Positions 20,676 to 32,673 of a DNA stretch of 64,000 bases are shown in pieces (the first letter of the stretch is position 1; each line of letters starts with the position of its first letter). The notes below the pieces were generated by a model that saw only the letters and a list, made by a program, of their open reading frames with translations, had not been told where the DNA came from and did not search any database. A program made the position numbers and the translations under genes. Where the stretch lies: the NCBI GenBank assembly GCA_051893535.1, contig JBJFHK010000281.1, forward strand, positions 18,219 through 82,218, read 5' to 3'. The stretch is from Eubacterium sp. (GTDB taxonomy: Bacteria; Bacillota; Clostridia; Peptostreptococcales; Anaerovoracaceae).

Positions 20676-22028
20676 ATGGATAATAAAGAAATCTGGCAGG
20701 AAGTTCTGGCCATCATAAAAGAAAATACGACGGCAGCGAGCTATAAAACGTGGTTTCTGCCGACCAAAATCCGCCGGCTCGATCAGCAGACGCACATCGC
20801 CTATCTGGAGTCAGACGGCGATTTTTACGTGAATATACTGAACAACCGCTATAAGCCTCTGCTGGAAGAATCATTTCAGAAGGTGATGAATCAGCCTTAC
20901 CGCATTGTGATCAAGAAGCCTTCTGATTATGAGCATATGGAGGAGGAACAGCAGCAGCGCCAGCAGGTGATCAGCCCGGTGAAGCCGGGATTTACGCAGC
21001 AGCGTATATTCAACCCGCGCTACACCTTCGATAATTTTGTTGTCGGCGCCTGCAATAAATACGCGCATGCCGCATGCCTGGCTGTGGCGGAAGAGCCTTC
21101 AAAGGCCTATAACCCGCTGTTTATCTACGGAGGATCGGGTCTTGGTAAAACCCATCTGATGCATGCCATCGGCATCTATCTTCTGGAAAACAGTCCGGAG
21201 CTGAATGTTCTCTACGTTTCTACAGAGATGTTCACCAACGAACTGATCAAGGCGATCGGAGAAAACCGTACACGGGAATTCAAGAACAAATACCGCCATA
21301 TCGATGTTCTCCTGATTGATGATATTCAGTTCCTGGAAGGCAAGGAAACGACACAGGAAGAATTTTTCTATACATTTAATACACTGATTGAAGATCAGAA
21401 GCAGATCGTTATCTCCAGCGACCGCCCGCCTAATGAGCTGACCCGCCTGGATGAGCGGCTGACCTCCCGGTTTTCCTGGAATATCATCGCTTCCCTGTCT
21501 CCTGCAGACTATGAGACCCGAGTCGCGATCCTGATGAAAAAAGCCGAAAACCAGAATCTGGAGGTCACAGACGATATCTACGATGTCATCTGTCTGATTG
21601 CGGAAAAGATAACGGATAACATTCGTGAACTCGAGGGAGCGCTGAACAGAATCGTCAGCTTCTCACTGATTACGCATGAAAAGATCGACCTGACCTTCGC
21701 AAAGCGGATTCTGAAGGATGTCATCCAGAACGGAAGCAACAGCGTCACGCCGGAGAAAATCAAAACCATCGTCAGCCGCTACTTCCATGTGGAGCCGTCC
21801 GATCTGGAATCCAGTACGCGCGCCAAGGCCATCGCCTTCCCTCGTCAGATCGCCATGTACCTCTGCCGCGACATGACCGACTATTCCTTTAACAAGATCG
21901 GAAACCTTTTCGGAAACCGCCATTATTCTACCGTCATGCATGCCTGCGAGAAGATTCAGCAGGACATCCGGGACGACGATTCCGTAAAGACGACCATAGA
22001 GAAACTGAAGTCACAGATTCAGGAGTGA
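20676..22028 (+). CDS. dnaA: Chromosomal replication initiator
   Basis: YTFDNFV, YNPLFIYGGSGLGKTHL, LLIDDIQF, RQIAMYL; alternative TTG start 20670. Confidence 0.99.
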   Translation: MDNKEIWQEVLAIIKENTTAASYKTWFLPTKIRRLDQQTHIAYLESDGDFYVNILNNRYKPLLEESFQKVMNQPYRIVIKKPSDYEHMEEEQQQRQQVISPVKPGFTQQRIFNPRYTFDNFVVGACNKYAHAACLAVAEEPSKAYNPLFIYGGSGLGKTHLMHAIGIYLLENSPELNVLYVSTEMFTNELIKAIGENRTREFKNKYRHIDVLLIDDIQFLEGKETTQEEFFYTFNTLIEDQKQIVISSDRPPNELTRLDERLTSRFSWNIIASLSPADYETRVAILMKKAENQNLEVTDDIYDVICLIAEKITDNIRELEGALNRIVSFSLITHEKIDLTFAKRILKDVIQNGSNSVTPEKIKTIVSRYFHVEPSDLESSTRAKAIAFPRQIAMYLCRDMTDYSFNKIGNLFGNRHYSTVMHACEKIQQDIRDDDSVKTTIEKLKSQIQE

Positions 22029-22104
22029 GGATAAGCTTCTACTTCTGCACAAAAATATCATCATGGGGTGTGCGCGCATTTTTGTGTGCGTTTCAAGGTG
22101 TTTT

Positions 22105-22165
22105 TGAGTTATCCACAGTATCCGCATCCCCTACTACAATTACTACCTAAAATTATAAAACAAAT
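22105..22165. promoter_or_regulatory. oriC part 2: tandem DnaA boxes, DnaA-trios and AT-rich unwinding region
   Basis: TTATCCACA(22109)-GTATCCGCA(22118)-TCCC-CTA CTA CAA TTA CTA, then AT-rich DNA; same layout as the B. subtilis basal unwinding system. Confidence 0.88.
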
Positions 22166-22189
22166 GGCTTTTCGAAGGAGGCTAAACAT

Positions 22190-23305
22190 ATGAAAATCAG
22201 CTGTTTACGACAGGATTTAGCAAGCGCGCTGAATATCGTTTCAAAAGCAGTTTCAACACGTTCTACCATACCGGCAATGAAAGGAATCCTGATCGAAGCT
22301 TCAAACGATGGAAAGGTTCTTCTGGCCTCTTCAGACTCAGACATTTCCATTCAATACACATTAGAAGCAAATGTTGAAGAACCTGGCCTTATCGTTCTTC
22401 CAGCCAAACTGTTTTCCGATATTGTCAGAAGTGTGCCGGAATCTCAGATCACTATTACGACAAGCGGCGAACTTCATGCAGCAATTAAGAGCGTGAACTC
22501 CGAATTTAACATCGTCGGACTGGATGCCGATGACTTCCCGCGTTTTGAAAAGCCGGGAAATGATGCTCAGCACATCCAGCTTCCGGCACTTCTGTTCAAA
22601 ACCATGATCGGACAGACTTCGTTTGCTGCAAGTACAGATGATTCCAGAGGAATTATCACTGGTGTGCTGATTGATATTCACGATCAGGAAATGCACCTGG
22701 CTGCTCTGGACGGCTACCGCATGGCCATTGCCAATCACAGCGTACCGGAAGTCAATCCGTATTCCATCGTCATTTCCGCGAAACTGCTGAATGATCTCTC
22801 AAAAATTATTGCAGAGATTAAGGATATTAAAAATGATACGATGCTGAACATTGAACTGGAAAGCAAGAAGGCCGTTTTCACCTTCCCGGGCCTGATGGTT
22901 GAACTGAAACTGTTCAACGGTCAGTTCGTTGACTATCGTGCTATCATGCCGAAGAACAATACAATTCAGATCAAAGTAAGCCGCAGTGCGCTGATTCAGA
23001 GCATCGAGCGTGCTTCCCTGCTGGCAAGAGACGATAAGAATAACCTGATCCGCATGGACATCCAGGATCAGATCATGTCCATCGCCGCGCGCGCAGAAGA
23101 AGGTAATCTGCGTGAAGAACTGGTTATTGAAAAGACCGGAGATGACCTGGAAATCGGATTTAACGCCCAGTATCTCCTGGACATGCTGAAAGCCATCAAA
23201 GATGATGACATCATCATGAAATTCAAGAGCAGCATCGATCCCTGCGTTGTCACCCCGGTTGAGGGCAGCGCATACGAATACCTGGTTCTCCCGGTTCGTC
23301 TGTAA
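22190..23305 (+). CDS. dnaN: DNA polymerase III beta clamp
   Basis: ALDGYRMA, IGFNAQYLLD, C-terminal LVLPVRL; follows dnaA. Confidence 0.97.
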   Translation: MKISCLRQDLASALNIVSKAVSTRSTIPAMKGILIEASNDGKVLLASSDSDISIQYTLEANVEEPGLIVLPAKLFSDIVRSVPESQITITTSGELHAAIKSVNSEFNIVGLDADDFPRFEKPGNDAQHIQLPALLFKTMIGQTSFAASTDDSRGIITGVLIDIHDQEMHLAALDGYRMAIANHSVPEVNPYSIVISAKLLNDLSKIIAEIKDIKNDTMLNIELESKKAVFTFPGLMVELKLFNGQFVDYRAIMPKNNTIQIKVSRSALIQSIERASLLARDDKNNLIRMDIQDQIMSIAARAEEGNLREELVIEKTGDDLEIGFNAQYLLDMLKAIKDDDIIMKFKSSIDPCVVTPVEGSAYEYLVLPVRL

Positions 23306-23332
23306 CCCTTAAGAGCAGAGGCGGAGCCGCAT

Positions 23333-24430
23333 ATGTATGTAAAGGAACTGGAACTGAAAAATTTCCGGAATTACGAGAGCCTGGATCTGAAATTCGATCC
23401 CCGGATCAACCTGATCACCGGCAGGAATGCACAGGGAAAGACAAACCTGATTGAAGCCGTCTATCTGATTTCCATGGGACGGTCCTTTCGTGCCGGCAGA
23501 GACAGTGAGATGATCCGTTTTGGACAAAATGAAGCCCTGGTCAGGGCGGAAGCCGTAAAAGCGGTTATGGACACCCGGATCGATATCTGCATCAGCCGGA
23601 AATCAAAAAAGTACATAAAGAAGGATGGAAAGCAGCTGCATAAAACATCGGAACTGCTGAACAACATCTTTATCGTTGCCTTCACACCGGAAGATCTGAG
23701 GATCGTAAAGGATGAGCCGGAGAAAAGGCGCAGATTCATCGATAAGGAACTTGCGCAGATCCAGCCTGCCTATTATCTTTGTCTGAGCCGGTATAAGAAA
23801 GTGCTGCAGCAGAGAAACAGCTGCCTGAAAGAAACGCCGGTCCGCTCTTCTATGCTGGAGCTGTGGGATATGCAGCTGGTTCAGTACGGAGCGGATCTGA
23901 TGCGGATGCGGAAAACCTTCATTGAGCGTCTGAATGTGTTCAGCGGAAAGATTCACGACAGCATCACCAACGGACAGGAGAAGCTGGATATTCAGTATGA
24001 ATCCAATGTTCCTTATGAAGAGGATGCCGCAGAACGTCAGAACCGTCTTACAGAGGCACTGGAAAAATCCAGGGATACGGACATCAAGATGAAAACCACA
24101 AGCCGGGGGCCTCACAAAGATGATCTGAGATTCCTGGTTAATGGCGTCAACGCAAGAAAATACGGCTCTCAGGGCCAGCAGCGGACCTGCGCGCTGTCTC
24201 TGAAACTTGCGGAACTCGATTTTATCCGGCAGGAAACCGGAGAGAACGCCATTCTTCTGCTGGATGATGTCATGAGCGAACTGGATCAGAGCCGGCGGGC
24301 CTTCCTGATTGATTCGCTGGAAGAAAACCAGATTTTCATTACCATGACCGAAGCAGAAGAGGATCTGATTCAGGCCTATGGAAATCCGACGGTTTTTTCT
24401 GTTCAGGACGGTCATGTGACCATGCTGTAG
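23333..24430 (+). CDS. recF: DNA replication/repair protein RecF
   Basis: NFRNY, GRNAQGKTN, GPHKDD, GSQGQQR, LLLDDVMSELD. Confidence 0.98.
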   Translation: MYVKELELKNFRNYESLDLKFDPRINLITGRNAQGKTNLIEAVYLISMGRSFRAGRDSEMIRFGQNEALVRAEAVKAVMDTRIDICISRKSKKYIKKDGKQLHKTSELLNNIFIVAFTPEDLRIVKDEPEKRRRFIDKELAQIQPAYYLCLSRYKKVLQQRNSCLKETPVRSSMLELWDMQLVQYGADLMRMRKTFIERLNVFSGKIHDSITNGQEKLDIQYESNVPYEEDAAERQNRLTEALEKSRDTDIKMKTTSRGPHKDDLRFLVNGVNARKYGSQGQQRTCALSLKLAELDFIRQETGENAILLLDDVMSELDQSRRAFLIDSLEENQIFITMTEAEEDLIQAYGNPTVFSVQDGHVTML

Positions 24431-24550
24431 ACTAATACATGTATAAATATATTAATATTAAATATTATATAATCTCAGAAGGCGTAAAATTGCCGTGTAA
24501 CGATTCAAAAGAAAGGTAAAGAATAAAAAAGCATTCAAAGACGCCTAAAC

Positions 24551-24579
24551 TTGTAAAAAAGGCCGTTTCATTGTATAAT
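24551..24579 (+). promoter_or_regulatory. Putative sigma-A promoter of gyrB
   Basis: TTGTAA-N17-TATAAT. Confidence 0.65.
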
Positions 24580-24630
24580 ATAGATCTGCGGAAATTGCTC
24601 CGCAGATCGTTTTTTTTATAGGAATATTGA

Positions 24631-26568
<1,938 letters not shown>

Positions 26569-26591
26569 AAAGAGTGCAGAAGGAGTAACAG

Positions 26592-29102
26592 GTGGAAAAT
26601 TTAGAAGACAGCAGATTAATCAGGCATGAGATCCACGATGAGATGAAAAACTCCTACATCGACTACGCCATGAGCGTAATCGTAGGACGTGCGCTTCCTG
26701 ATGTACGCGACGGTATGAAGCCGGTACACAGAAGGATTCTGTACGGAATGTCTCAGCTGGGTGTTACGCCGGATAAACCATATAAAAAGTCGGCAAGAAT
26801 TGTCGGAGAGGTTATGGGTAAATATCACCCGCACGGCGATTCTTCCATTTACGATGCAATGGTCCGTATGGCGCAGGATTTCTCCATGCGCTACCCGCTG
26901 GTCGACGGCCACGGAAACTTCGGATCCATCGACGGAGACAGCGCTGCGGCACAGCGTTATACCGAGGCGAGAATGAGCCATTTCTCCTTGCAGATGCTGA
27001 GAGACATTGACAAGGATACGGTTGATTTTGTCCCGAACTTCGACGGAGAGGAAAAAGAGCCGGTGGTTCTGCCGAGCCGCTACCCGAACCTTCTGGTCAA
27101 CGGTTCCAACGGAATCGCCGTCGGAATGGCGACCAATATCCCGCCGCACAACCTGGGCGATACGATTGATGCGACTGTTTATCTGATCGATCATCCGGAT
27201 GCGTCTGTCGACGATCTGATTCCGATCATTAAAGGACCGGACTTCCCTACCGGAGCCAGAATCCTGGGCAAGGCCGGAATCCGCGAGGCATACAGAACCG
27301 GACAGGGAAAGATCAAGGTCAGAGCCTGCTGTGAGATTCAGGAAACCAGCAGAGGCCGTTCCCAGATCGTTGTTACGGAAATTCCGTACATGGTTAACAA
27401 GGCCCGCCTGATCGAGCGCATCGCCGAACTGGTAAAGGACAAGAGTATCGACGGAATCTCCGAGATCCGTGATGAGTCCAGCCGTGAGGGAATGCGCATC
27501 GTCATCGAGCTGAAGAGGGATGCCAACCCGCAGATCACGCTGAACAAGCTGTATAAGCACACAGCTCTGCAGCAGAATTTCAGTGCCATCATGATCGCAC
27601 TGGTCGATGGACAGCCGCAGCTTCTCAATCTGAAAGAGATTCTGCATGAGTATCTGAAATTCCAGAAAGAAGTCGTTACCAGAAGGACCCTCTTCGACCT
27701 GAAAAAGGCAGAAGCAAGGGCACATATTCTGGAAGGACTGCGCATCGCGATTGATAATATCGATGAAATTATCCGTATCATCCGGAGCGCATATAATGAC
27801 GCAAAAGAACGTCTGATGGAGCGTTTCGGACTGGATGAGATTCAGGCCCAGGCAATTCTGGACATGCGTCTGGCCCGTCTGCAGGGACTGGAGCGCGAGA
27901 AGATCGAGAAAGAGTATCAGGAACTTCAGAAGAAGATCGCCTACTATAATTCCCTGCTGGCTGATGAGCACAAGCTGATGGGCGTTATCAAGGATGAACT
28001 TCTTGAAATCAAGGATAAATACGGCGATGAGCGCCGCACCAAGATCGAGCGCGACGTCGATGACATCGATGAAGAGGACCTGATCGAGGATGAGACCGTT
28101 GCCGTCACCCTCACCCATCTGGGATACATCAAGCGTGTTCCGGCAGACACCTACAAGCCGCAGAAGCGCGGAGGCAAGGGAATTACCGGCCTGACCACCA
28201 GAAAGAACGACTTCGTGAAGGATCTGATCATGACTTCAACTCACGACTGGCTGATGTTCTTCACCAACACCGGAAAGGCGTACAAGATGAAGGCTTACCA
28301 GGTTCCGGAAGCGTCCAGAACGGCCAGAGGAACCCCGGCCATCAACTTCCTGAATCTGATGCAGCGTGAGAGAATCACCGCTGTAATTCCAGTGAAGAAT
28401 TTCGAGGCGGAAGACCGTTATCTCATTGCCGTGACAAAGAAGGGCGTGATCAAGAAGACAGCCCTGAATCTGTTCGACACCCACCGTCAGAACGGAATCA
28501 TCGCTATCAGCCTGAAGGACGGAGACCAGCTGATCGATATCAAGGTTTCCTCCGGAAACAACGATGTGATTCTGGTTACCCGTGAAGGAAAATCCATCCG
28601 CTTCAATGAAGAGGATGTCCGTCCGATGGGAAGAAATGCCAGAGGAGTGCGCGGAATCAACCTGGAAGGCGACGATGAGGTTGTTTCCATGGATCTGGTC
28701 GGCAGAGGAAAGAAGCTTCTGGTCGTTACCGAGAACGGTTATGGAAAGAGAACGGCTGTCAGTGACTATAAACGTCAGACCAGAGGCGGAAAGGGCATGC
28801 TGACCTACGATAAGAGCCGCTTCGACAAGACGGGTTATCTGATCGGCGCACTCTGCGTTGATGACGATGACGAGGTCATGCTGATCAATTCCGATGGTGT
28901 GGTCATCCGGATCAAGGCGACGGATGTCAGTATCCTGAGCCGTGCGACACAGGGCGTGAAGATTATGAAGGTCGATGACGAGAGCAGGATCGTTGCCATG
29001 GCCAAGGTAATCGGAGAAAACGACATCGAGAAGGCAGAGGCAGACAATGCCGCTGCAGAAGATGCCGCAGAAGCAGATAAACAGGAAACCATGAAGTTTT
29101 AA
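26592..29102 (+). CDS. gyrA: DNA gyrase subunit A
   Basis: [22 protein letters not shown], GyrA-box QKRGGKG. Confidence 0.99.
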   Translation: MENLEDSRLIRHEIHDEMKNSYIDYAMSVIVGRALPDVRDGMKPVHRRILYGMSQLGVTPDKPYKKSARIVGEVMGKYHPHGDSSIYDAMVRMAQDFSMRYPLVDGHGNFGSIDGDSAAAQRYTEARMSHFSLQMLRDIDKDTVDFVPNFDGEEKEPVVLPSRYPNLLVNGSNGIAVGMATNIPPHNLGDTIDATVYLIDHPDASVDDLIPIIKGPDFPTGARILGKAGIREAYRTGQGKIKVRACCEIQETSRGRSQIVVTEIPYMVNKARLIERIAELVKDKSIDGISEIRDESSREGMRIVIELKRDANPQITLNKLYKHTALQQNFSAIMIALVDGQPQLLNLKEILHEYLKFQKEVVTRRTLFDLKKAEARAHILEGLRIAIDNIDEIIRIIRSAYNDAKERLMERFGLDEIQAQAILDMRLARLQGLEREKIEKEYQELQKKIAYYNSLLADEHKLMGVIKDELLEIKDKYGDERRTKIERDVDDIDEEDLIEDETVAVTLTHLGYIKRVPADTYKPQKRGGKGITGLTTRKNDFVKDLIMTSTHDWLMFFTNTGKAYKMKAYQVPEASRTARGTPAINFLNLMQRERITAVIPVKNFEAEDRYLIAVTKKGVIKKTALNLFDTHRQNGIIAISLKDGDQLIDIKVSSGNNDVILVTREGKSIRFNEEDVRPMGRNARGVRGINLEGDDEVVSMDLVGRGKKLLVVTENGYGKRTAVSDYKRQTRGGKGMLTYDKSRFDKTGYLIGALCVDDDDEVMLINSDGVVIRIKATDVSILSRATQGVKIMKVDDESRIVAMAKVIGENDIEKAEADNAAAEDAAEADKQETMKF

Positions 29103-29128
29103 CCTGTAACTTTCATTCGGAGAATAAT

Positions 29129-29208
29129 AAACAGCAGCGGGACTGCCCCGTATCTGCCGGCATTTACATGTGCCAGAGGTAAGAGTCTGCAGTCCCCTTC
29201 TGCTGTTT
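29129..29208 (+). terminator. Long-loop hairpin/terminator after gyrA
   Basis: AAACAGCAG.GGGACTGC ... GCAGTCCC..CTGCTGTTT. Confidence 0.5.
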
Positions 29209-29211
29209 CCG

Positions 29212-29236
29212 GTTGTAATTTTGAAAAACTGGGTAT
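29212..29236 (+). promoter_or_regulatory. Putative SigB-dependent promoter of rsbW-sigB
   Basis: GTTGTA-N13-GGGTAT resembles the SigB consensus GTTT-N13/15-GGGTAT. Confidence 0.55.
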
Positions 29237-29292
29237 ATACAATCATGCGGATAAGCCGCAGAGAACGAATGGAAAGTATGAGGGGTAAATCA

Positions 29293-29691
29293 ATGGATCA
29301 TCTTAAGTTTATCATCCCGGGAAAACCAGAATATCTGACGATGGTACGGCTTGCAATTACATCCGTTGCCACAACGGCAGGTTTTGATCTGGATGCTGCG
29401 GAAGATATTAAGACCGCAGTATGCGAAGCGTGCAAGAATGTTTCCTGCCACGGCTTCAGCGGATTTTCCGATCAATATGAAGTTGACTGCAACGTAGAAA
29501 AAGGTAAAATAGATATCGTCGTAAAAGACGATTGCAGCAAGCACACGCTTGCAAAGCTGAATCCTCCCTGCCGCAAGTGTCCGCAGGAGGGAGACGTGGG
29601 CGTTTTTGTCATCCAGTCTCTGATGAATGACGTGACATTCGACAAAGATGAAGATGGCAGAAAGCGAATTACAATGACGAAAAGAGTTTAG
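29293..29691 (+). CDS. rsbW: RsbW-like anti-sigma factor, Cys-rich, with degenerate ATP-binding boxes
   Basis: IPGKPEYLTMVRL, GFD..EDIKTAVCEACKN, VGVFVIQSLMNDV, ITMTK; directly upstream of sigB. Confidence 0.85.
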   Translation: MDHLKFIIPGKPEYLTMVRLAITSVATTAGFDLDAAEDIKTAVCEACKNVSCHGFSGFSDQYEVDCNVEKGKIDIVVKDDCSKHTLAKLNPPCRKCPQEGDVGVFVIQSLMNDVTFDKDEDGRKRITMTKRV

Positions 29692-29692
29692 T

Positions 29693-30430
29693 ATGTCCGA
29701 TCTGCAAGAGTTTGTCAAATATAAAGAAAACCCGACAATTGAAAAACGGAATGAATTGGTGGAGAGTCATCTTTATATGGTCGACATTCTCATCCGCAAA
29801 TACCTGAATAAAGGCGTGGATTACGACGATCTGTATCAGGTAGGAGCGCTTGCTCTGGTTCAGGCTGTGGAGCGTTTTGACCCTTCCAGAGGGTTCGAAT
29901 TCAGTTCGTTTGCGACACCGACGATTCTGGGAGAAATCAAGAAGTATTTCCGTGACAAACAGTGGAGTCTCAAGGTTCCGCGCCGTCTGAAAGAAATTGC
30001 GTCCAAGGTCCAGAAGGCAAAGGAAGAACTGTACAGCAAGAATCAGAAGCAGCCGACAATCAAGGAAATTGCGGATTATACCGGTTTCCCGGAAGAGCAG
30101 ATTATCGAGTCTATGGAGGGTTCTCAGGCTTATGGAACCTATTCCCTGGACAAGACTTTTGAAGACGCCGGAGAAGACGGAGAAAGCGCATTTCTGGAGA
30201 AGTACACCGGTTTTGATGAAAAAGGTTTCGACCGCGTGGAAATGTCGGATATTATTGATACCGTGCTGGAAAAACTCAGTGAACAGAATAAATATATCTT
30301 CCGGGAACGCTTTATTTACAACCGTTCTCAGTCTTCCATCGCGAAGACTCTCGGCGTGTCACAAATGACGATTTCCAGAGCAGAAAGAAATATCATCAAA
30401 CAGTTCCGCGAAGAACTGCATCGAAAATAG
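29693..30430 (+). CDS. sigB: SigB/SigF/SigG-family RNA polymerase sigma factor
   Basis: DDLYQVG, RFDPSRGFEFSSFATPTILGEIKKYFRD, SLKVPRR, LGVSQMTISR. Confidence 0.9.
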   Translation: MSDLQEFVKYKENPTIEKRNELVESHLYMVDILIRKYLNKGVDYDDLYQVGALALVQAVERFDPSRGFEFSSFATPTILGEIKKYFRDKQWSLKVPRRLKEIASKVQKAKEELYSKNQKQPTIKEIADYTGFPEEQIIESMEGSQAYGTYSLDKTFEDAGEDGESAFLEKYTGFDEKGFDRVEMSDIIDTVLEKLSEQNKYIFRERFIYNRSQSSIAKTLGVSQMTISRAERNIIKQFREELHRK

Positions 30431-30454
30431 AGAGTAAAACAGTAAATACAGCAG

Positions 30455-30499
30455 GAAAGCGCCGGCAGGTTTTATCACCCGCCGGCGCTTTCTTCGTTT
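30455..30499. terminator. Intrinsic terminator between convergent sigB and alarmone synthetase genes
   Basis: GAAAGCGCCGGC...GCCGGCGCTTTC. Confidence 0.75.
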
Positions 30500-30549
30500 C
30501 AGGAGTTGTTTTTTTGTCTGTATGCTTATGTGTATATGCAGGTGCGCAT

Positions 30550-31254
30550 CTATGCGCTGATTTCGCTGTCTGCGTGAATCAGGTCTCTCAATGTCTGCAT
30601 AGAGAGGTCGACGGAAGTGATTTCGTCCGCGCAGCTTTTCAGCTCGGCACGCAGGAGTTCCTGGCCTGCGCTGTTATCCTTCTTATAGCTGAGCTGGTGG
30701 TCCAGGCAGGCCCAGAAGTCCATGGCGATGGTGCGGATCTGAACTTCCGCGAAAACCCCCTCTTCACCCTGGTATCTCCCGCCGCAGACCTGGCCTTCAT
30801 GTCTCTTCGGGATAAAGAGAATCATGTGATAGCTCCGGTATCCGCTGGCCTTGGGATGTCTGACATAATCCTTCAACTGGACAGTCCTGATGCCCGGAAG
30901 GCTTTTCAGCCATTCTGCGGCGGCGTAGATATCATCATTAAACGGACAGATAATGCGGACGCCGACAGCGTCATGAATTTCACTGAGCGCATTCTCCGCG
31001 TCCGGACGCAGTCTTTTTTTCTGCAGCTTCCCGATCATGCTTCCGGCAGATTTGATTCTGCTGCTGCAGTACTGGATCTGCTGCATATCGTCTGCAGTCT
31101 GGGTTTCCTTTGCGTGGCGGCGGATTGTGTCTACCAGCCATTCTTCGGTTTCTTTCAGTGTGTAATAATATTTTCCGTAAAATTTTTCTGTATCACTGAC
31201 GATTCCTGTCGTCTTGTTTTCTTTTCCTGTATAAATCAAAGTCATTGCTTTCAC
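30550..31254 (-). CDS. Small alarmone synthetase (RelA/SpoT synthetase domain, RelP/RelQ-like)
   Basis: SRIKS, DAVGVRII, KDYVRHPKASGYRSYH, EVQIRTIAMDFWA; no hydrolase domain. Confidence 0.92.
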   Translation of the reverse strand: MKAMTLIYTGKENKTTGIVSDTEKFYGKYYYTLKETEEWLVDTIRRHAKETQTADDMQQIQYCSSRIKSAGSMIGKLQKKRLRPDAENALSEIHDAVGVRIICPFNDDIYAAAEWLKSLPGIRTVQLKDYVRHPKASGYRSYHMILFIPKRHEGQVCGGRYQGEEGVFAEVQIRTIAMDFWACLDHQLSYKKDNSAGQELLRAELKSCADEITSVDLSMQTLRDLIHADSEISA

Positions 31255-31339
31255 AGCCTCCTTTTTCGTCTTCAGCAGATTTCAGGAAAATACCGCCTGT
31301 TTCGGTTTTTTCGCTGATCTCTTTTCTGAAGATGTCTAT

Positions 31340-31371
31340 ATCATACCGGATGAACTTTAAATCTACTTAAA
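31340..31371 (-). promoter_or_regulatory. OmpR/CiaR-like direct repeat plus -10 box upstream of the alarmone synthetase
   Basis: Minus strand TTTAAG-N5-TTAAAG-N9-TATGAT. Confidence 0.55.
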
Positions 31372-31539
31372 GAAAGCGGTGAAGGGTCTGTGGATTTATA
31401 GAGAGTGTTTGTGTTGAGATTATGTTGCGCCGGTATTCGAAAGCATCGGAAAGCGCAAAAAAAGCAGATTCTCCGACAGTAAATATAAAGCGTCGGAGAA
31501 TCGCCTGAAAGAAAAGAATTTTCGATGTGCCGGCCCGGC

Positions 31540-32595
31540 TTACTTATTTAAGATATGGATATGGTCGATCAGTTCTTTTTCCATCTCTACGCGGTGATGC
31601 TTCGTGTAGATTCCCGGAATTCCGCCGGTGTGGATCATGATGACCGTTTCACCCCTGAACAGGCCCTTTTTTGCCATGGAGACGATGCCGGAGAAGGTCT
31701 TTCCGGTGTAGCACGGGTCCGTGATGATGCCCTCTTTTCTGGCCAGGTAATACATCGCCTCGCGGACGCTCTTCAGTGGATTATTGTATGCACCGCCGTC
31801 GTACTCGGTGATCAGATCAAAACCCTCTTCAGGAATATCCTCTGTGAGGCCGTAATATGCCTTCAGACGGTCGTAATATGCTTTCGCGTCCTTCTGCCCG
31901 TTTTTACGTTTTTCTTCGCTGTCAGCGCCTTTAAACGGCAGGACGGAAATTCCGGACAGCTTCATGGAGAGGTGTTCGTTGGCAATGGCCGCGGCAAGAC
32001 CGGTGTAGGTTCCCAGACTTCCTGCAGTGACGATGAGATGCGGATTCTTCAGGTCCTTCTCCCGGATCTGCTGATCAAGTTCTACGGCGCAGTCGTAATA
32101 GCCCAGTGCGCCCAGTTCATTAGAGCCGCCCATCGGGATATAATAGACCTTCTCGCCTTTTGCTTCCCATTCTGCCGTGACTTTCGCAACGGCCTTGTCC
32201 AGCAGTTCGTCGGCGTCTTCCCCTTCTTTCTGGTGCACCAGATAGACGTGGCAGTCCATAATGCCGTCCAGAAGCAGATTTGCGGACAGCTCACCCGGAT
32301 ATTCATCCACGGAGACAATCGCCGATTTCAGGCCGAATTTTGCGGCCGCTGCGGCGGTCAGGCGTCCGTGGTTGGTCTGCGCGCCGCCTACGGTCAGCAG
32401 CATAGTGGCATGCTGATCCAGGGCGTCTTTCAGGAAATACTCCAGTTTCCGCAGCTTGTTTCCGCCGGTTCCCAGATTGGTCAGGTCATCCCTCTTCATC
32501 CAGAATTCAATGCCGAGGTCCTCCGATACGCGGTCCATCCGTTCAAGAGGCGTCGGCGTGTTCAGAAAATGAATCTTTTCTCTGCCTAATGTCAT
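31540..32595 (-). CDS. D-cysteine desulfhydrase/ACC deaminase family PLP enzyme
   Basis: TPLE, KRDDL..GGNKLRKLEY, QTNHGR, DPCYTGK, IHTGG. Confidence 0.9.
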   Translation of the reverse strand: MTLGREKIHFLNTPTPLERMDRVSEDLGIEFWMKRDDLTNLGTGGNKLRKLEYFLKDALDQHATMLLTVGGAQTNHGRLTAAAAAKFGLKSAIVSVDEYPGELSANLLLDGIMDCHVYLVHQKEGEDADELLDKAVAKVTAEWEAKGEKVYYIPMGGSNELGALGYYDCAVELDQQIREKDLKNPHLIVTAGSLGTYTGLAAAIANEHLSMKLSGISVLPFKGADSEEKRKNGQKDAKAYYDRLKAYYGLTEDIPEEGFDLITEYDGGAYNNPLKSVREAMYYLARKEGIITDPCYTGKTFSGIVSMAKKGLFRGETVIMIHTGGIPGIYTKHHRVEMEKELIDHIHILNK

Positions 32596-32673
32596 AGTAT
32601 CCTCCCTGTTTTCTATTGATGCTTGTTCTATAGTCTGACTTATCCTGCATGTTTATACAGTTTCTGCCTCTGT

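Noticed and set aside
26616-29246. Long antisense ORFs over gyrA (500 and 336 aa), and similar ones over gyrB, secA, corC, mnmG and dnaD
   Set aside because: They are shadow frames caused by the codon bias of the real genes; no motifs or RBS.
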